From: Candidatus Sysuimicrobiota bacterium
GTDB taxonomy: Bacteria; Sysuimicrobiota; Sysuimicrobiia; Sysuimicrobiales; Sysuimicrobiaceae
Reading direction: 5' to 3'
DNA length: 16,255 nucleotides
NCBI GenBank assembly: GCA_040289515.1
Contig: PSLI01000040.1
Location: 1-16,255, forward strand
Notes under the pieces: model-generated
The model's input: the letters and a program-made list of their open reading frames with translations, nothing else
Database searches by the model: none
What the model was told of the DNA's origin: nothing
Shown here: positions 16,199 through 16,255 of the stretch, piece by piece
Layout of the letters: each line of letters starts with the position of its first letter
Numbering within the stretch: position 1 is the stretch's first letter
Position numbers and translations under genes: made by a program

Positions 16199-16255
16199 AA
16201 GTGCCAGGAGTGCGGCGCCAACGTGGTGTTTCCCGACGGACAGACCGCCGCCCGC

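Noticed and set aside
15996..16255. Glycine riboswitch upstream of gcvT
   Set aside because: The region is occupied by the PRTase 3' end overlapping the gcvT start, and no aptamer motifs are seen.
1..16255. CRISPR array, IS element or prophage
   Set aside because: No regularly spaced repeats, terminal inverted repeats, transposase or phage-like ORFs were found.

Overview
A very GC-rich bacterial chromosomal segment made up mostly of housekeeping genes. In order: a hypothetical gene broken by two compensating frameshifts; ndk (long-insert type) and nth on the minus strand; a nitrilase-superfamily gene lacking its catalytic Cys; a C-terminally truncated M24 peptidase; tRNA-Arg(ACG); a minus-strand run of DUF72 protein, threonine/serine dehydratase, a possible 51-aa ORF and an RNase HI-fold protein with no catalytic acidic residues, the last two behind a sigma70-like promoter containing a Gram-positive-type LexA-like box; a long (Alu-domain) SRP RNA; a CPBP/CAAX protease; dnaX-ybaB-recR-ykuK-like; and gcvT-gcvH-gcvPA-gcvPB, where GcvT carries an extra N-terminal DinB-like domain. 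The window ends in a phosphoribosyltransferase 3' fragment that appears joined to unrelated sequence. I see no CRISPR array, transposase, integrase or prophage gene. The best leads for new biology are the putative SOS-regulated pseudo-RNase H (with a nearby DUF72 carrying a clamp-binding-like motif), the Cys-less nitrilase homolog and the DinB-like::GcvT fusion. All family calls come from motif recognition by eye, not database searches.
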